From the NCBI RefSeq assembly GCF_018389705.1, contig NZ_CP065581.1:780001-812000 (forward strand): DNA of 32,000 nt. The letters are read 5' to 3'. The position numbers and the translations under genes are program-made. The first letter of the stretch is position 1. Each line of letters opens with the position of its first letter. The stretch comes from Mycoplasma mycoides subsp. capri. GTDB taxonomy: Bacteria; Bacillota_I; Bacilli_A; Mycoplasmatales; Mycoplasmataceae. The notes under the pieces were generated by a model, which ran no database searches, was not told the DNA's origin, and saw only the letters and a list, made by a program, of their open reading frames with translations. Positions 31,424 through 32,000 of the stretch are shown here, piece by piece.

Positions 31424-32000
31424 AAAGAAGTTATTTTGCTTTTGTTTTGCTATTTATTTATGCACCCATTTTAGCAATGGTAGTTTTTTCATTTAACAAT
31501 GGAGATACTACTATTAAATGAACTCATGCTAGTTTTTCTTGATATGAATCATTTTTTAAAAATTCCCCTTTTATAAAATCAATTATTACTTCTTTATTTG
31601 TTGCTGTAATTTCAACAATAGTTTCACTAGTAATTGGAACTTTAGCAGCAATTGGATTAAGTAGAGTTAGTAGAGTAACTAGAAATAAATGAGTTTCAGT
31701 TGCAAATATTCCTTTAATTAATGCTGATGTAATTACAGCTGTATCATTAATGATTGTGTTTTTAATTATGGGATTAAAATTTGGGTTATTAACTTTAATT
31801 ATGGCCCATATTTCATTTAATGTTCCTTATGTTTTAGTTACTATTATGCCTAGATTAAAAAAAATTGATCCAAGCTTAATTGATGCTAGTTATGATTTAG
31901 GAGCTAAAAATCATCAAGTAATGTTTAAAGTAATATTACCTATTTTAAAACCAGCAATTATTACTGCTGCCGCTATTGCTTTTGCAATGAGTTTTGATGA
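31408..32000 (+). CDS. potC: Spermidine/putrescine ABC transporter permease, N-terminal part (runs off the window end)
   Basis: From ATG 31408: [50 protein letters not shown]...IDASYDLGAKNHQVMFKVILPILKPAIITAAAIAFAMSFD. It overlaps the potB end by 16 nt. Confidence 0.9.

Overview
This is a very AT-rich Mollicutes chromosome segment that must be read with translation table 4 (UGA = Trp). Almost every conserved gene appears in the supplied ORF track as fragments that rejoin in one frame across TGA codons at plausible Trp positions. Gene content and order (glpO-glpK-glpF, nox-lplA-pdhAB, DUF285-type lipoproteins, potABC) point to the Mycoplasma mycoides/capricolum cluster. That assignment comes from recall, not from a search.

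By hand translation I call about 30 protein genes:
- Minus strand: pdhB' (partial), pdhA, lplA, nox, thrS, pyk, pfkA, hpt, ruvX, a PAP2 phosphatase, eno, two tandem lipoprotein paralogs, rsmB, gmk and rsmD.
- Plus strand: glpO, glpK, glpF, a murR-like regulator, a murP-like PTS EIIBC, murQ, typA, def, infC, rpmI, rplT, potA, potB and potC' (partial).

I saw no rRNA, tRNA, CRISPR array or IS element.

RNA-level signals:
- A Thr T-box leader in front of thrS.
- An L20-leader-like attenuator in front of infC-rpmI-rplT.
- Several clean intrinsic terminators.

Observations most worth follow-up:
1. A perfect 29-bp tandem duplication frameshifts the PTS EIIBC gene of a MurNAc-type operon (murR-murP-murQ) in a wall-less organism.
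2. A single in-frame TAA splits typA/bipA inside its GTPase domain, with a possible restart ATG two codons (6 nt) downstream.
3. An unannotated 38-codon sORF with the strongest Shine-Dalgarno in the window ends exactly at a terminator-like hairpin upstream of potABC.
4. Two equal-length tandem lipoprotein genes share near-identical signal peptides but have diverged linkers.
5. Gmk carries an extension of about 80 aa that is visible only under code 4.
6. A spacer of about 700 bp contains no ORF.

All coordinates and starts are hand-derived and unverified by any search.
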